Assembly: GCA_002189035.1 (NCBI GenBank)
Contig: NEEC01000010.1
Location: 1,736,001-1,800,000, forward strand
Direction: 5' to 3'
From: Utricularia gibba
Lineage: Eukaryota; Plantae; Magnoliophyta
DNA length: 64,000 nucleotides
In this document: in pieces, positions 51,916 to 64,000 of the stretch
Position numbering within the stretch: position 1 is the first letter of the stretch
Layout of the letters: every line of letters begins with the position of its first letter
The notes under the pieces: model-generated
What the model saw: only the letters and a program-made list of their open reading frames with translations
Told to the model about the DNA's origin: nothing
Database searches by the model: none
Program-made: the position numbers and the translations under genes

Positions 51916-53121
51916 ATGCAAAAAGTTCGGTTTTCATCACACCAATATCCAGTGCATAGGCTTGGGGACTCTCAGATGTCGTTGTCTTCAAAGTTTAGGT
52001 TGCCTCCAATACCTACCAGTCTACTTAATACTTGCCTAGATCTTGAGCAATCCACGGGGGAGTGTTTGATTCCGGGGCTTCCTAATGATGTCGCTTTGCA
52101 ATGTCTACTTCGCGTTCCAGTCGATAGTCATGCGGCTTGCAAAGCAGTTTGCAAGCGCTGGTATTCAATGTTCAGTAACAGAGAGCAGTTTTTCACTCTG
52201 AGGAAAGACTTTGGTCTTCATGGCCCCTGGCTTTTTGTCTTCGCCTATCACAAATGCACTTGGAAAATAGTCTGGAAAGTTCTCGATCTCACACATTTCT
52301 CTTGGCACACCATCCCTGCCATGCCTTGTAAGGATAAGGTCTGCCCCGGGGTTTCAGATGTGTCTCGATACCCCATGAGGGCTCACTGTTTGTCTGTGGA
52401 GGTTTGGTATCTGACGTGGATTGCCCTCTCAATCTAGTGCTGAAATACGAAGCCGCAAGAACCGTTGGACCGTGCTCAAGAAAATGCTCACTGCCAGGTC
52501 CTTCTTTGCTAGTGGCGTTATCGATGGAATGGTATATGTTGCAGGAGGAAACAGTTCAGACCTGTTCGAGCTCAACTCAGCTGAAGTCCTGGACCCCAAA
52601 ACAGGCACATGGCGCCCTGTCTCCAGCATGGACACAAGCATGGCCTCCTACGACTCAGCCGTTCTAGACGGCAAGCTCCTTGTAACAGAGGGCTGGTTCT
52701 GGCCCTTCTACGTGGTACCCGAGGGCAAGTATACGATCCAACGACAGACAATTGGGAGAACATGTCTACTGGTCTGCGAGAAGGGTGGACAGGATCAAGC
52801 GTAGTGATCTACGAGCACCTGTTCGTGGTCACAGAGCATGAAAGAACAAAGCTGAAAGTATACGACCCAGCAAACGACTCATGGGATGCAGTGGAAGGGC
52901 CTCCACTGCCGGAGCAGATATGCAAGCCCTTCTGTGTCAGCAGCTGGGAATGCAGCATCTTTGTGGTTGGCCGGAATCTCCATGTCGCCGTCGGCCGCAT
53001 CACAAAGCAGTATTGCAGCCATTCCTCCCCAAAGAAGCTCAGATTTTGTGTTCAGTGGCAAATGGTGGACGCTCCCGGAGGTCAGTTCGATCCATCCAGC
53101 GCACAGGTGCTTTATGCTTAG
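51916..53121 (+). CDS. F-box/kelch-repeat protein, intronless CDS
   Basis: LIPGLPNDVALQCLLRVP F-box, kelch repeats (ARSFFASGVIDGMVYVAGG, YDSAVLDGKLLVTEGW, GWTGSSVV). Three 1-bp frame breaks near 52348, 52455 and 52722. Confidence 0.92.
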
Positions 53122-53489
53122 AGCAAGAGGCTCTAGAGAGCCACTCGTGCCATGCCATGTGTTCAACTTATGTTGTTGTGATGCAGTAGCAGTTTTAAAT
53201 TTGGGTCCAACTACTATTTTATAGTTTGGGATTAAATATTTTTTCTAAGATAGATTAAATTCAATTAAATTTATTATAAAAAATGTTTATTAAAAATAAT
53301 TATTATTATTGAAATTTACTATTTTAAATTTTAAAAATTATTAATTTGAATCTAAAAAATTATGATTCCAAGTTAAATCAAATCTGAAAAGTATAATTCA
53401 TATAGCACACAATAAAGATGATGGAGAACTCATTAAATGTACAGAATCATACCTTTCAATCACTTAATGTATGTATGGTATATACATGC

Positions 53490-53525
53490 ATACATACATA
53501 CATACATACATACATACATACATAC
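53490..53525. repeat. (ATAC)n microsatellite, about 9 units
   Basis: Read directly. Confidence 0.9.
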
Positions 53526-54683
53526 TCGTGACTCCTCCCGGATCCTGCTGCAATCGACACTCAAGCCTATATCCGACCCGGACCATTTATATAGTATTTA
53601 TTATTATTTTTTAAGTAATTGATAAAAGCTTATGTGTGGCCCCATTTGATGCCCAATGGTCCGGCCCAGTTCGTAGGGATACCCAAAATAGCCGTCAGCA
53701 TCGAAATATTATTGACTGAATTTAAAATAATAGAAATTAGATATTTCATATGGTATGTTGGTCCACACTTCTGTATCAATGCCCTTTTCACTTTTGGGTT
53801 GTTTTCTTTTTTTTTTTCATTTTGCTTTATCCCCACCAATCACCATATTCCTACCCAATTTATTTACCATTGAAAAAAAAGTTTCATCTACAAATCTCTC
53901 ATACTTTAGACAATTATAACAATAACAATAATAATAATAAACGTTTTTTGCTTATGCTATTTGTGGTGGCGACGCGATTCTTAAAAATACATTTAGTATT
54001 TTTGTTATCTCAAATTGCATGATTCACATTTATCTTATATGATATTATTCATTTTGTATATTTAATTCTTACGGTTTTATGTTTTATTACTATCATAAAA
54101 ATGTTGTACAATATTAGAAAGATTTTTGAAAAACACATTATTATTCTGTTTGTAATTAATGTGATATAATATAAGTAACTATAATATAAATATGTATTAA
54201 AGTTGACTCAATCAATGACAAAGTATTTTTTTAAAGTTTGAAAACATGGGCGCATTCAGCAATCAATGCGCCTACTCAATCCAGTGGAGTAGGGAGTTGC
54301 ATTATTTGGTGGACTGCAAACAATAATATAATAATAACCCAAAATCCATATTGGAATGCTCGTAAATGTGTGGGGGGCTACCCGCTAGCCGTACGTGCAG
54401 AGAGATCCGATCCCGATCCGCCTCCGTGTCCATGGACACACACTGACACCGCTTTTAGGTTGATCGCCGCCACGGGGTGGGGGCCTCCGGTCAGCAGCTC
54501 GACGGAGGAGGAGGAGGAGAGCATGGTGTAAATGAGGGAGTTGTGGTGAAACGAATTATGGTGATGAAAAGGTGTGGGCTATGGTGGACCATTTGTGGGA
54601 CTTGATTCCGGTAATGAAGATACCTTGGACACCAGCATTTATGCATTTATCTATTCTTCCAGGGAACAAAAGAGGGAGTTGGG

Positions 54684-56315
54684 GTGGGGAATGGGATGGA
54701 GGACGATGGGGGAGTATCGTATCGCATCGCAACAGCGCAACGCATGATGCTCTCCTTCTCCACGCCTCCGCTTTTGCAATCAAAGCTTCTCTGTTTCTCG
54801 CTTTTGTACCTTGTTTCCTCCGTCATCACGGCCTTCTTGGCAGCCAAATGCACTCTCCGATCATCGCCCTTCGACCCACTTCGGGATCCTCTCTTCTCCT
54901 ACCCACCATCTTATGGTGAACATAAGCACGCTGTGCCGACGTCGCGCTCCTCTTGTGACTCCCCTGTTTTGTTATCAGGTGAACAAAAGGGTGATGGATT
55001 GATTCGTGATGAATTTTCATTGATTTGATCATGATCTGATGCTGCTTGTTGTTAGATTACGGGGTTGTGGTTGAAGAGATGCAACGATTATGGGGAACTC
55101 CCCGGATCTGGGGGCGCATTCTTTGAGATATGTTGGGGAAAGGCTGACAGTTTCGGTGGAAACCTGAGTTTGCAGAAGAGATTGTTTTATTTTGATGATC
55201 TGGAAGAGGAAAGTGAAGTACCATGTGGATTCTTCCAGCAATTTCCCATCGCTTCTTCTGGTTAGAAAATGCTTCTTTCTTTTTAACCATACATACATGC
55301 ACTTAAGATTACCTTCAACGCTTCAAAGTAGTTTGTGGGATTTTCAGATCGAATTGCTATGGAGAATTGCAGGGGATTGGTGGTAGCTTCTGCAATATTA
55401 GGGGATCATGACAAAATCCGGCAGCCAAAGGGGCTTGGATCCAAGACACAAGAATTGGTATCTTTCTTCCTTTTTGTTGACGAAGCCACCCTCAGAAAGC
55501 TTGTTTTTCATCAGTTAACAACATGGGGAAAATCAGGAGGTCACAGAATTGGTGTATGGAGAATTGTCATAGTGTCCACTGACTTCCTCTACAAGAGCCC
55601 TGCAATGAATGGGGAGATACCCAAGTACTTAATCCATCGTCTTTTCCCCAACACAAAACACAGCATATGGATAGATGCCAAGCTGCAGCTCGTTGTTGAT
55701 CCCTTATTGTTGATACATGCGCTTGTTGTTAAGGAGAATGTAGACATGGCTGTTTCTAAACACCCCTTCTTCTTGCATACAATGGAAGAAGCAGTAGCTA
55801 CTGCTAGATGGAAGAAATGGTCGGATGTTAATGCTTTGAGGACTCAAATAGAGACATATTGTGATCATGGACTGCAACCATGGGATTCTACAAAGCCTTA
55901 CCCTTCAGGTGGACCAATGGATCTGATTCTGTTGTGCAGGGAACTATTTCTTAGCTTAGTTTGATACTTACATGCTGTTTCTGTGTTCCCAGATGTCCCA
56001 GACAGTGCTTTGATCTTGAGGAAGCACAGCAGAGCAGGGAATCTCTTCTCATGCCTTGTGTTCAATGAACTGGACTCATTCAACCCAAGAGACCAGCTAC
56101 CCTTTGCTTTTGTGAGGGACAAAATGAGACCACAGGTGAAGATTAACGTGTTCGAAGCTGAGGTTTTTGAACAGATTGCGATCGAATACCGGCACAACCT
56201 CAAACCAGGTGACCCCAAGTTGAAAATGGTGGAAGGAGGTGAATGGCTTGGGAATGGAACGGGAAGCTGTGATAGGTATCTCCTCAAGATGTGGGACGAA
56301 TCCCATGACAGATGA
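54684..56315 (+). CDS. TOD1: DUF616 protein, TOD1-like (alkaline ceramidase described in Arabidopsis)
   Basis: SKLLCFSLLYL, SYGEHKHAVPT...SCDSP, EVPCGFF, DHDKIRQPKGLG, AMNGEIPKYLIHRLFPN, MEEAVATARWKKW, NPRDQL. Two 1-bp deletions near 55100-55138. Confidence 0.85.
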
Positions 56316-56813
56316 TTGATTCTTTTTACCTTTTCTGCTACACATAGTATGAGCTAAAGGCTTTTTTTACACCAGTTTCTTACACAAGTTCTTCTATTCA
56401 TTGCTGATGTACATAGCACATTCTTCATTTCTTACAGAAAAGAGTTGGAGTTTTTTGGTTCCCTGTATGCATTTCCATTGTTGAGATACCAAAAAATAGA
56501 AAACAGATACTGATTTCTATCAAGTACCTTTTTCAAGTGGAAACAATGAACAAGTAGAATCAATGTTTGGAAAATCTTAACTTGAAGGTTCTCTCATGAA
56601 TCACAAGGCAAATCTGAAAGATTGGGGAGAGAGATATCAAATGCTTCATCAGAGAATATTATTCTGAAATCATTTCTGAAAATATTACTGAATAATCTCC
56701 TTCAAAAAATAAGTACAACATATCATGAAAATCTGTAACAAGTAAGGTGGTAATAGGAGTTTACTAAGAGAAGACCAAAAAAATTTCATCAGACGGTGTT
56801 AGAATCCATAAGC

Positions 56814-57874
56814 TCACGACTTTTCATTGGGAACCGAGTGAAAAATATCCTGAAGGAGTCCATAGTCTGCAAGCTGCTCCTGGGGCTGCTGAGGATACGA
56901 ACCACTACTAGATCCATCGAAACTGTAGAGATGGGGAGCGGGCATTTGTGGGGAGCTCGGTCCTTGAAATGGCAAAGACGGGGCAAGCATCGAAGGGCTA
57001 AACATTCCGGCGGAGTTTCCCCGGAAAGCCGTGGGGACGTGGTGGTTGTGTTGGCCTTCGTAGGTGGTGATCACGATCATCGGATCGTGGAGCGATCTCT
57101 CGATGTGCTTCTTCACTGGGCATCGTTGTGTCGTGCACCGGTAGTAACTCCTGAGAGATCGAAACCAATATACAGTGATTAACGTTTTCTGAAAGATCGA
57201 AACCAATATAAGAAGTAGTAACCAGGGTTCTGACCTTGGGAAAGGGCTGTTCTTCACAGCTTTCTGTCCATATTTTCTCCATTTATAGCCATCTTCCAAG
57301 TGATCTATTTCACTCTTTGTCATGAAGGCATACCTGGGCTGCCTCTCCTTCCTCACTCCCTTCTTCTTTAACTTACATCTGTCGCTGTGATTCTTAACCA
57401 AGATCAATCACTAATCAAGGGAGAAAATGATGAATAAGCAAGCAAAATGGAGATTACTGACTCTTTCTTCGGATTTTCTTCACAATCTTCTGCAACTTCC
57501 TTGGGCGAAACTTCCATTTCTTGCTTACCCTTGATCGGATCATAGTCTCCCGCCACCGCCTCGGCTGAGGAGGAGGACATGGACGAGTTGGGCGTGACGG
57601 GGGTTTCTCCTGTAGCTGCTTTCTCCTCCTGGTCATCCCTTTGTGAAGCAAACGGCCCACTTTCCGAAACCGGAGTATGACTATAATTCAAGGCGGATTC
57701 TTGCAGCATCTCTGGGAAGCTAAAGCAAGAGGGATCGAGCAATCGGAGCTCAGAATCGAGTATCGACTCGACCTGAAAGTCGTCTGAATCGGAAAAAACG
57801 CCGGGAAAGGGGAAGCTGGCGGTGCTCCGCGGCTGATCATCGTGGAGGTGCGATCCAGTGAAATCTCGAGACAT
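56814..57874 (-). CDS. WRKY transcription factor, group IIc (WRKY8/28/71-like)
   Basis: [37 protein letters not shown]|[19 protein letters not shown]...TTYEGQHNH (C-X4-C, HxH). Confidence 0.95.
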
Positions 57875-57954
57875 TGGGGAGGAAAAAGAAGGTCGGAAAT
57901 TGACAAAAGGAGAAGTTACATGTTCATGTTACATTTTATGCATGCCGCAACCTT

Positions 57955-58720
57955 TTGACCAATAAGACCGCGACTTGTCATCAACAAATATTCTAATTCT
58001 ATTTTTGCTGCTCAAAATAATATAATTGGGAGGTTTGACCTCCTCAAATCTACATTAAGCCAATGTTCGATTTTCATAATTTTTTAAAGCAACTGTAATA
58101 TTCTAATTTTTAATCGTTTACAGTAAATAAAAAATCAAATTATGTGATTAATTTTATTTATTATTAAATTTTATGAATATATATTTATGAATTAAATAAA
58201 TAGATTAATTAAAAAATATTCTATTTTTTTTCTTTATTTTAAAATACATTTACATCATAATTATATAATTTAATATATTAAAATTTACAATATATATTTT
58301 ATTTTATTTTATAATATAATTTTATGTTATTTCATAAAATAGTTTTACAATCTTAAATTCGTTTTATTTTAACAATCTTAAAATTGATTTTATTTTACAT
58401 AATGTAAATCACAATTCATATTATAGAACAACCCTATCTTGTCCAAATCCAAAAAATCATCTAATTCCACAAAAAATTCGAAAACATAAAAAATAATTTA
58501 AAATTATAAATATTGCATCAATAGATCCAAAAAAATAAATAAATAAACTTGGGCATATCGAAATTGCCTGAGGAAAGACATGGAAACCAACACCGACACT
58601 CGTTGCATTATCCATCCCAACCTTTTTGTAGTGCATGTGAACGAGGGAAGAAGAGTTGACCAAATCACGTTTCCTTCTGGACGCTTGCATAAAAGTCAAC
58701 AACGCTCTGTCCCCTTGACC
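57955..58720. promoter_or_regulatory. W-box cluster upstream of the WRKY gene
   Basis: TTGACC at 57955, 58035, 58656 and 58715; AGTCAA at 58694. Confidence 0.5.
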
Positions 58721-59528
58721 CAGTCGTCTCAAATTAAAGCCTCTCGACTCGACTCGACTCTTTCCTCTTTTAACACCGCAGGCGTATTCTGAGAACACAA
58801 GACCGCCACAATTGTTTCCATTAATACCCACCCGCGGTCCGCTTCCGCACTTTGTATGTAAGTTACGGTGAAAATTACAAAACAGCACCTAAAGTTTTGA
58901 TCATTATAAAGAGTATAATCTTCAAATTTTAAAATTATTAAAAAGACATATCAATTTATCAAAACCATGTAACTGAAACATAAATAATTTTCAAAATTTT
59001 TAAAAAATGAATCAAACATGAGATGCTAAATATATAACAAATATTCAAACGCGCAAAGTTAAAAAGGAAAAATTAAATATATAAAAAAATTTCAAATAAT
59101 TATCAAAACCGTTCAACTAAAATCTAAATATGAGAGATTAAATATGTAATTTCATAAATTCGAGATCACACTATTTATAAAAAAAAAAGTTGACATGTCT
59201 ATAACACAATTTTGAAATTTGTATATTAAATTTTTTATACCAACTGTAATTTGGAGTACCAACCACAAACTCCACTCATAAATTTTGTCTTGAAAAATAT
59301 TTGTTGGTAGCCAATTCTAATGAAATAAATTATTAAATATAATTTATTTTTACTTTAAAAAAATAAAAAATTTAGAATCGTTTCATATTTTTTAATATCA
59401 AATCAAGTTGATGAAATCATGAATGAGAATGTTTTTTTTAATTTGTTTAGTTTGGATGTTGGGTTAATATAATATAATTTTTGTGTGTTCAAATTAAAAC
59501 TGTCCATCAATGTTTAATTATTATGATG

Positions 59529-59547
59529 TTTAGGGTTAGGGTTTAGG
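59529..59547 (+). repeat. Short interstitial telomere-like array TTTAGGG-TTAGGG-TTTAGG
   Basis: Read directly. Confidence 0.6.
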
Positions 59548-60860
59548 CTTGTGAGTGAGAGTAACTGGATTTGAAATTATCTTTAAAATATTTTAAAAAT
59601 TAAAAGTATATTTTTAAAAAATAAAAATTGTTCATATTTGATAATAAAACTATTTTTAAAACGTTTTATAGACGAAACTAATCTACTTAATCATGTACTT
59701 GAGTCATCCAATTTTGCACATGATGTGTGCAACAATGAGCATTAATTTACAAATGCATGTTGGTATTATCATTTTGAAAATTAATCATTTTTACCATATC
59801 TGTAATATATTGGGATAAAAAACATCTTTGCCAAATTTATCAAACAAATAGTTGACGCGGTCAACTGCGTGGTGAGAACCGGTCAATCCATTTTGCTTTG
59901 GCGGTCTATGGGGCCACCACGTACAAGAGACTTGGTCTTTCTGCTATGATTAGGACAATGATCGTAGTTTAATATTCTTTGAAAGGAACGTAGATTTAGA
60001 TGCTGTTCTAGAATTTGAAGATGTGTTTCAGAGAATAAATCAATTTAAAGATTATGCGAATAGAATCAGCTTTAGATTATAAAATTGTTTTATGGAATAA
60101 CATAAAATTATAAAATTTAATAGAGTAAAATATATATTATAAAGTTTAATATATTAAATTATTGTATAATTGAATGTTATGATTTAGATATATTTTTAGA
60201 ATAAATAATAATTAAATAGTATAATTTTTATAATTAATATATTATTTAATCTCTGAAAAAAAATTATGAAATTCAATAATTTTTGAAATTAATCATAAAA
60301 TGTGAATTTATGATTTTACTACAGAACAACTAAATGTTAGAATATTCAAAAATTAAACAAAATCAATTCGAGAAATTCATAACAGAACAGATCCTTAATT
60401 TGCAGATATGAATGTAGGTAAATTAGAAATTCAAATAGATATTAAATATTCATGTTAATTTTAAATATAATTTTATATGATTTAAAGTTAAAAAATGGGT
60501 CTTCGTCTAATAATTTTGTTTTAGGATGGGTATTTTTGGTAGTTCAAAAAAAATTAATATGGTTTAAATAATTTATATATTGTGATTATTTAGATTTATG
60601 AGAAATCTGAATAATTTTTTAAAAAAACAATTCGTTAAAAGAAAAACACAGTGACTTTTGGGCTCCATGTGGGCCATACCTTTGTATAAGGCCCAGGCCC
60701 ACGCGCAAAAAGTTCGTCTCTAAGGTTGCGTTGTACTTTGAGATTTTTATCGCTCCCAAGAACTCAGTAGACGTATGACCCGCGAAATCGAGAATGCCTT
60801 CGCCGTGCGTCGCCGCTAAATCGCCGTTGCTTCTTCTGATTCGCTCCCCGTGATTCGGAA

Positions 60861-63008
60861 ATGAATTTTGCGTTGCGGGAGAGTGATCCCAACACTAATC
60901 ATATCCCGGAATCGCAGCCACTTCAATCACTCGAACAAGAGCAGCAACTAGAGGATGAATCACGTCGTCTGTTACCCTCATCGCCATCATCGTCGTCGTC
61001 CGTATCCCTAGAGATTGGAAGATTAGATGTGGAAGGTGAGAACGGTAACGAGGCAGCATATGAGGCGTCTCAAAAAGTTTCGATCGGCGATTCTGAATCG
61101 GGTTCCGCGAATTACTCGAGTACACCTCCGTTCTCCTTCAAAAAGTTGTGGCTTTTCACTGGTCCGGGGTTTTTGATGAGCATAGCTTTTTTGGACCCGG
61201 GGAATCTCGAGGGGGATCTTCAGGCCGGGGCGGTTGCTGGCTATTCGCTTCTTTGGCTACTTATGTGGGCGACGAGTATGGGTCTTCTGATCCAGCTTCT
61301 TTCGGCAAGGCTAGGGGTAGCTTCAGGTCGGCATTTGGCGGAGCTCTGCCGTGAGGAGTATCCGCGTTGGGCCGGGTTTTTTCTGTGGGTCATGGCTGAG
61401 CTGGCCTTAATAGGTGCTGATATTCAGGAGGTGATTGGAAGCGCCATTGCGATTCAGATTCTGAGTCGAGGGGTACTTCCTATCTGGTCAGGGGTTCTGA
61501 TTACTGCGTCTGATTGGTAAGCTTTTGGGTTATGAAGAGACTTATTTTTGCTTTCTTTCTTACAGAATTCGACTGTGAACTGGTGCTGGTCAACTTTTCG
61601 CGCTTGAAAATTGATTCGGAGAACTGCTGAATCTGATTTCTGTTTTTTTCCTTCCCTTTTAACATCCGGGACTTGTATTTAGTGAAGCTTGCTCTTTTAA
61701 CTGTCCCCACTAGCAGGATAGTGGGATTGGTGGCGACGTATATAATTCTATATGAAGTTATGAATTCCCATCAGTAGAAGAAAACTTTCTGCTCCGGAGC
61801 TTTGTTCGTTCTTGTGTGACATGTTTTTATGCAATGAAATGTGATCCCTGAGACTGTTCTTTTGCCTTGCAGTTTCATATTTTTACTTCTTGAAAATTAC
61901 GGAATGAGGAAGTTGGAAGCTCTATTTGCGGTGCTCATATCAACGATGGCCCTAGCGTTTGCTTGGATGTTTGCAGATGCCAAGCCCAGTTCAAAAGAAC
62001 TACTACTTGGTTAGATGCCTAATAGTGATATAGCTTGTCGATATTGTTGATGTCAAGGAGCTTATGTGAGACAAAACCGCCTCATTCTTAAATAGGTCTT
62101 TTGATTCCAAGGCTTAGCTCAAGAACAATTCGCCAGGCAGTGGGAGTTGTGGGGTGTGTAATAATGCCGCACAATGTCTTTTTGCACTCTGCTTTGGTGC
62201 AGTCGAGGGAAATCCAACCCGGAAACAAATCCCAGGTGCAGGAGGCACTCAACTATTACACGATTGAGTCTTCTGCAGCCCTTTTCATCTCCTTCATCAT
62301 CAACATATTTGTCACCACTGTTTTTGCCAAGGGCTTCTACGGGAGTGAGCAAGCAAATTATATTGGGCTTGTAAACGCAGGACAATATCTAGAAGCCAAG
62401 TATGGTGGGGGGCTGTTTCCAATCCTCTACATTTGGGGTGTCGGATTATTGGCTGCTGGTCAGAGCAGCACAATAACTGGAACATATGCAGGACAGTTTA
62501 TCATGGGTGGCTTTCTCAACCTGCGTCTGAAGAAGTCAATTAGATCACTGATCACCCGCAGCTGTGCCATTATTCCTACAATAATTGTGGCAGTGATCTT
62601 CAACAAGTCGGAGTCGTCCCTTGATGTTCTAAATGAATGGCTCAATGTCTTGCAGTCCATACAAATACCTTTTGCACTCATCCCACTTCTGACGCTGGTG
62701 TCCAAGGAGCAGATAATGGGAAGTTTCAAGATTGGCCTTTTTCTCGAGGTAACGCATCTTACATACCTCATCTAATTCAATGAAATCACTGGCCTCATGC
62801 CTCATACCTTTCTATGTTGACACATCAGAGACTTGCCTGGGCTGTGGCTGCATTAGTGATCGTGATAAACGGTTACCTGTTGCTTGATTTCTTTCTCTCT
62901 GAAGTCCATGGTATGCTGTTTGGTTTCTGGGTCACTGCTGCAACTGCAACTTACCTAGCTTTCTTGGTCTATCTTGTTTTACACTGGACCAAGCAGCGCT
63001 CGAATTGA
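60861..63008 (+). CDS. NRAMP: NRAMP metal transporter (NRAMP2/3/4 clade), 4 exons
   Basis: [75 protein letters not shown]. Site II elements at about 60669-60702. Confidence 0.96.
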
Positions 63009-63368
63009 TATCCCCAGCTTCTGCACTGAGGATTTGATTATTCTGAACACTAGAGCACACGTTTCACACATAGTTATACACATAGAACCCCCAAACCTCT
63101 CGAAAGATGCGTTTTTGCTTCTTTGCTGAGTTACTATAAGATGGGCTGAATCAGAATCCTAGCTATAAGCTGCCACTTGTTGTGTTGCGTTGCGTTGCAA
63201 TAAATGTAATGCTCATCTGTTGTGTATGCATATTGAATACGTGAAAGCAAGGCTGTGGTTGTTTGGAAAAAGCGACAGGATTAAGTGATCTGTGGGCCTG
63301 TTTTATGACTCAACAATCCATTAATAAGATGGAATCTTACTTGCAAGCAACATCCTCCGCCAAGCAGA

Positions 63369-63879
63369 ATGGCTGAAACCGTGACCAGGAAGGAGATCGC
63401 GCGTTTCTGGCAGCAGAGGCTGATGGTGGAGGAGGACCACCTTTACGCCGCCGTCAAAGCTGCCGCTCGCCTCCGTGCACGAAAACTGACCGTGAGTTTT
63501 CTTTGATCCCGAACCCCCATATTATTCCTCACCCGGGTTTCCACAGTGATACCGCAAACTGCTTTTTTCTTAACCAGGACAACGATTACCTGCGCTTCAA
63601 ACTGTATGTCGAGGAGGAAGGATTTGCGGAGTACGAGAAAATGCTGAGCAAGGAGATGATGAGAGCCGGAATAAAGGACTGGTGAGTCTAATCAATCTTT
63701 ACTAGATGCTGGCTTCTCTTGCACCTTAGGAAGAGTATCCACACACGCATACAGACATACAGACGTATCTGGGTTTGTGCAGGTGGACGATGAGCAGGTT
63801 CGCGTATCTGAATCAACCAACTGCGAAGAAGCTGGTCCATAAGCAATGCAAGCCATCGTCTTGCTACCCTGCTGCTTGA
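63369..63879 (+). CDS. Small conserved plant protein of unknown function, 3 exons
   Basis: MAETVTRKEIARFWQQRLMVEEDHLYAAVKAAARLRARKLT|DNDYLRF...AGIKDW|WTMSRFAYLNQP...*. Junctions are in phase. The GIKDWW..S..AYLNQP motif is recalled from uncharacterised plant proteins. Confidence 0.8.
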
Positions 63880-64000
63880 AGGTGAACTGAAAAGAAGAAA
63901 CTCTGCTGCTGCTGAAACCTCTGTGAATACGCATGTGACAAAACGAAGAAACCATTCCTTGTGTTGTAAATGTACTACAGATGAATGAATACCCCCAACA

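Noticed and set aside
57095-57115. KKHIER instead of KKRVER in the WRKY domain
   Set aside because: WRKYGQK and all zinc ligands are intact; this is a minor variant.

Overview
This is angiosperm nuclear DNA with short introns and about 27 gene loci in 64 kb (25 apparently functional, 2 decayed), separated by AT-rich spacers with MITE-like relics. I found no rRNA, tRNA, CRISPR array or autonomous transposon. Gene order: PLS-DYW PPR, TRAF-type zinc finger, glycine-rich protein, LHCB5, ARP1-like RRM, WHY2, DUF2062, mid-SUN, eIF3i, GH5 mannanase, CNX7, TBCE, FAX2, PPME1 remnant, divergent cytochrome c, PSB33 pseudogene, ERF020-like, GXM, GDSL lipase, eEF1B-gamma, ARF-GAP-C2, pTAC12/HEMERA, F-box/kelch, TOD1-like, group IIc WRKY, NRAMP, and a conserved unknown protein. 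Many genes carry single-base deletions, mostly in homopolymers, which I read as assembly errors rather than pseudogenes. The strongest novelty candidate is the cytochrome c at 32211-32880 (-). Its ORF, splice sites and CxxCH motif are intact, but it lacks the Met80 haem ligand (GTKM to GKKI) and has lost docking lysines (K86E, K87N), and it sits between two dead genes. Two unannotated spliced-transcript candidates (7.7-8.7 kb and 53.4-53.7 kb) also merit follow-up. All homology calls come from recalled family motifs; no database search was run.
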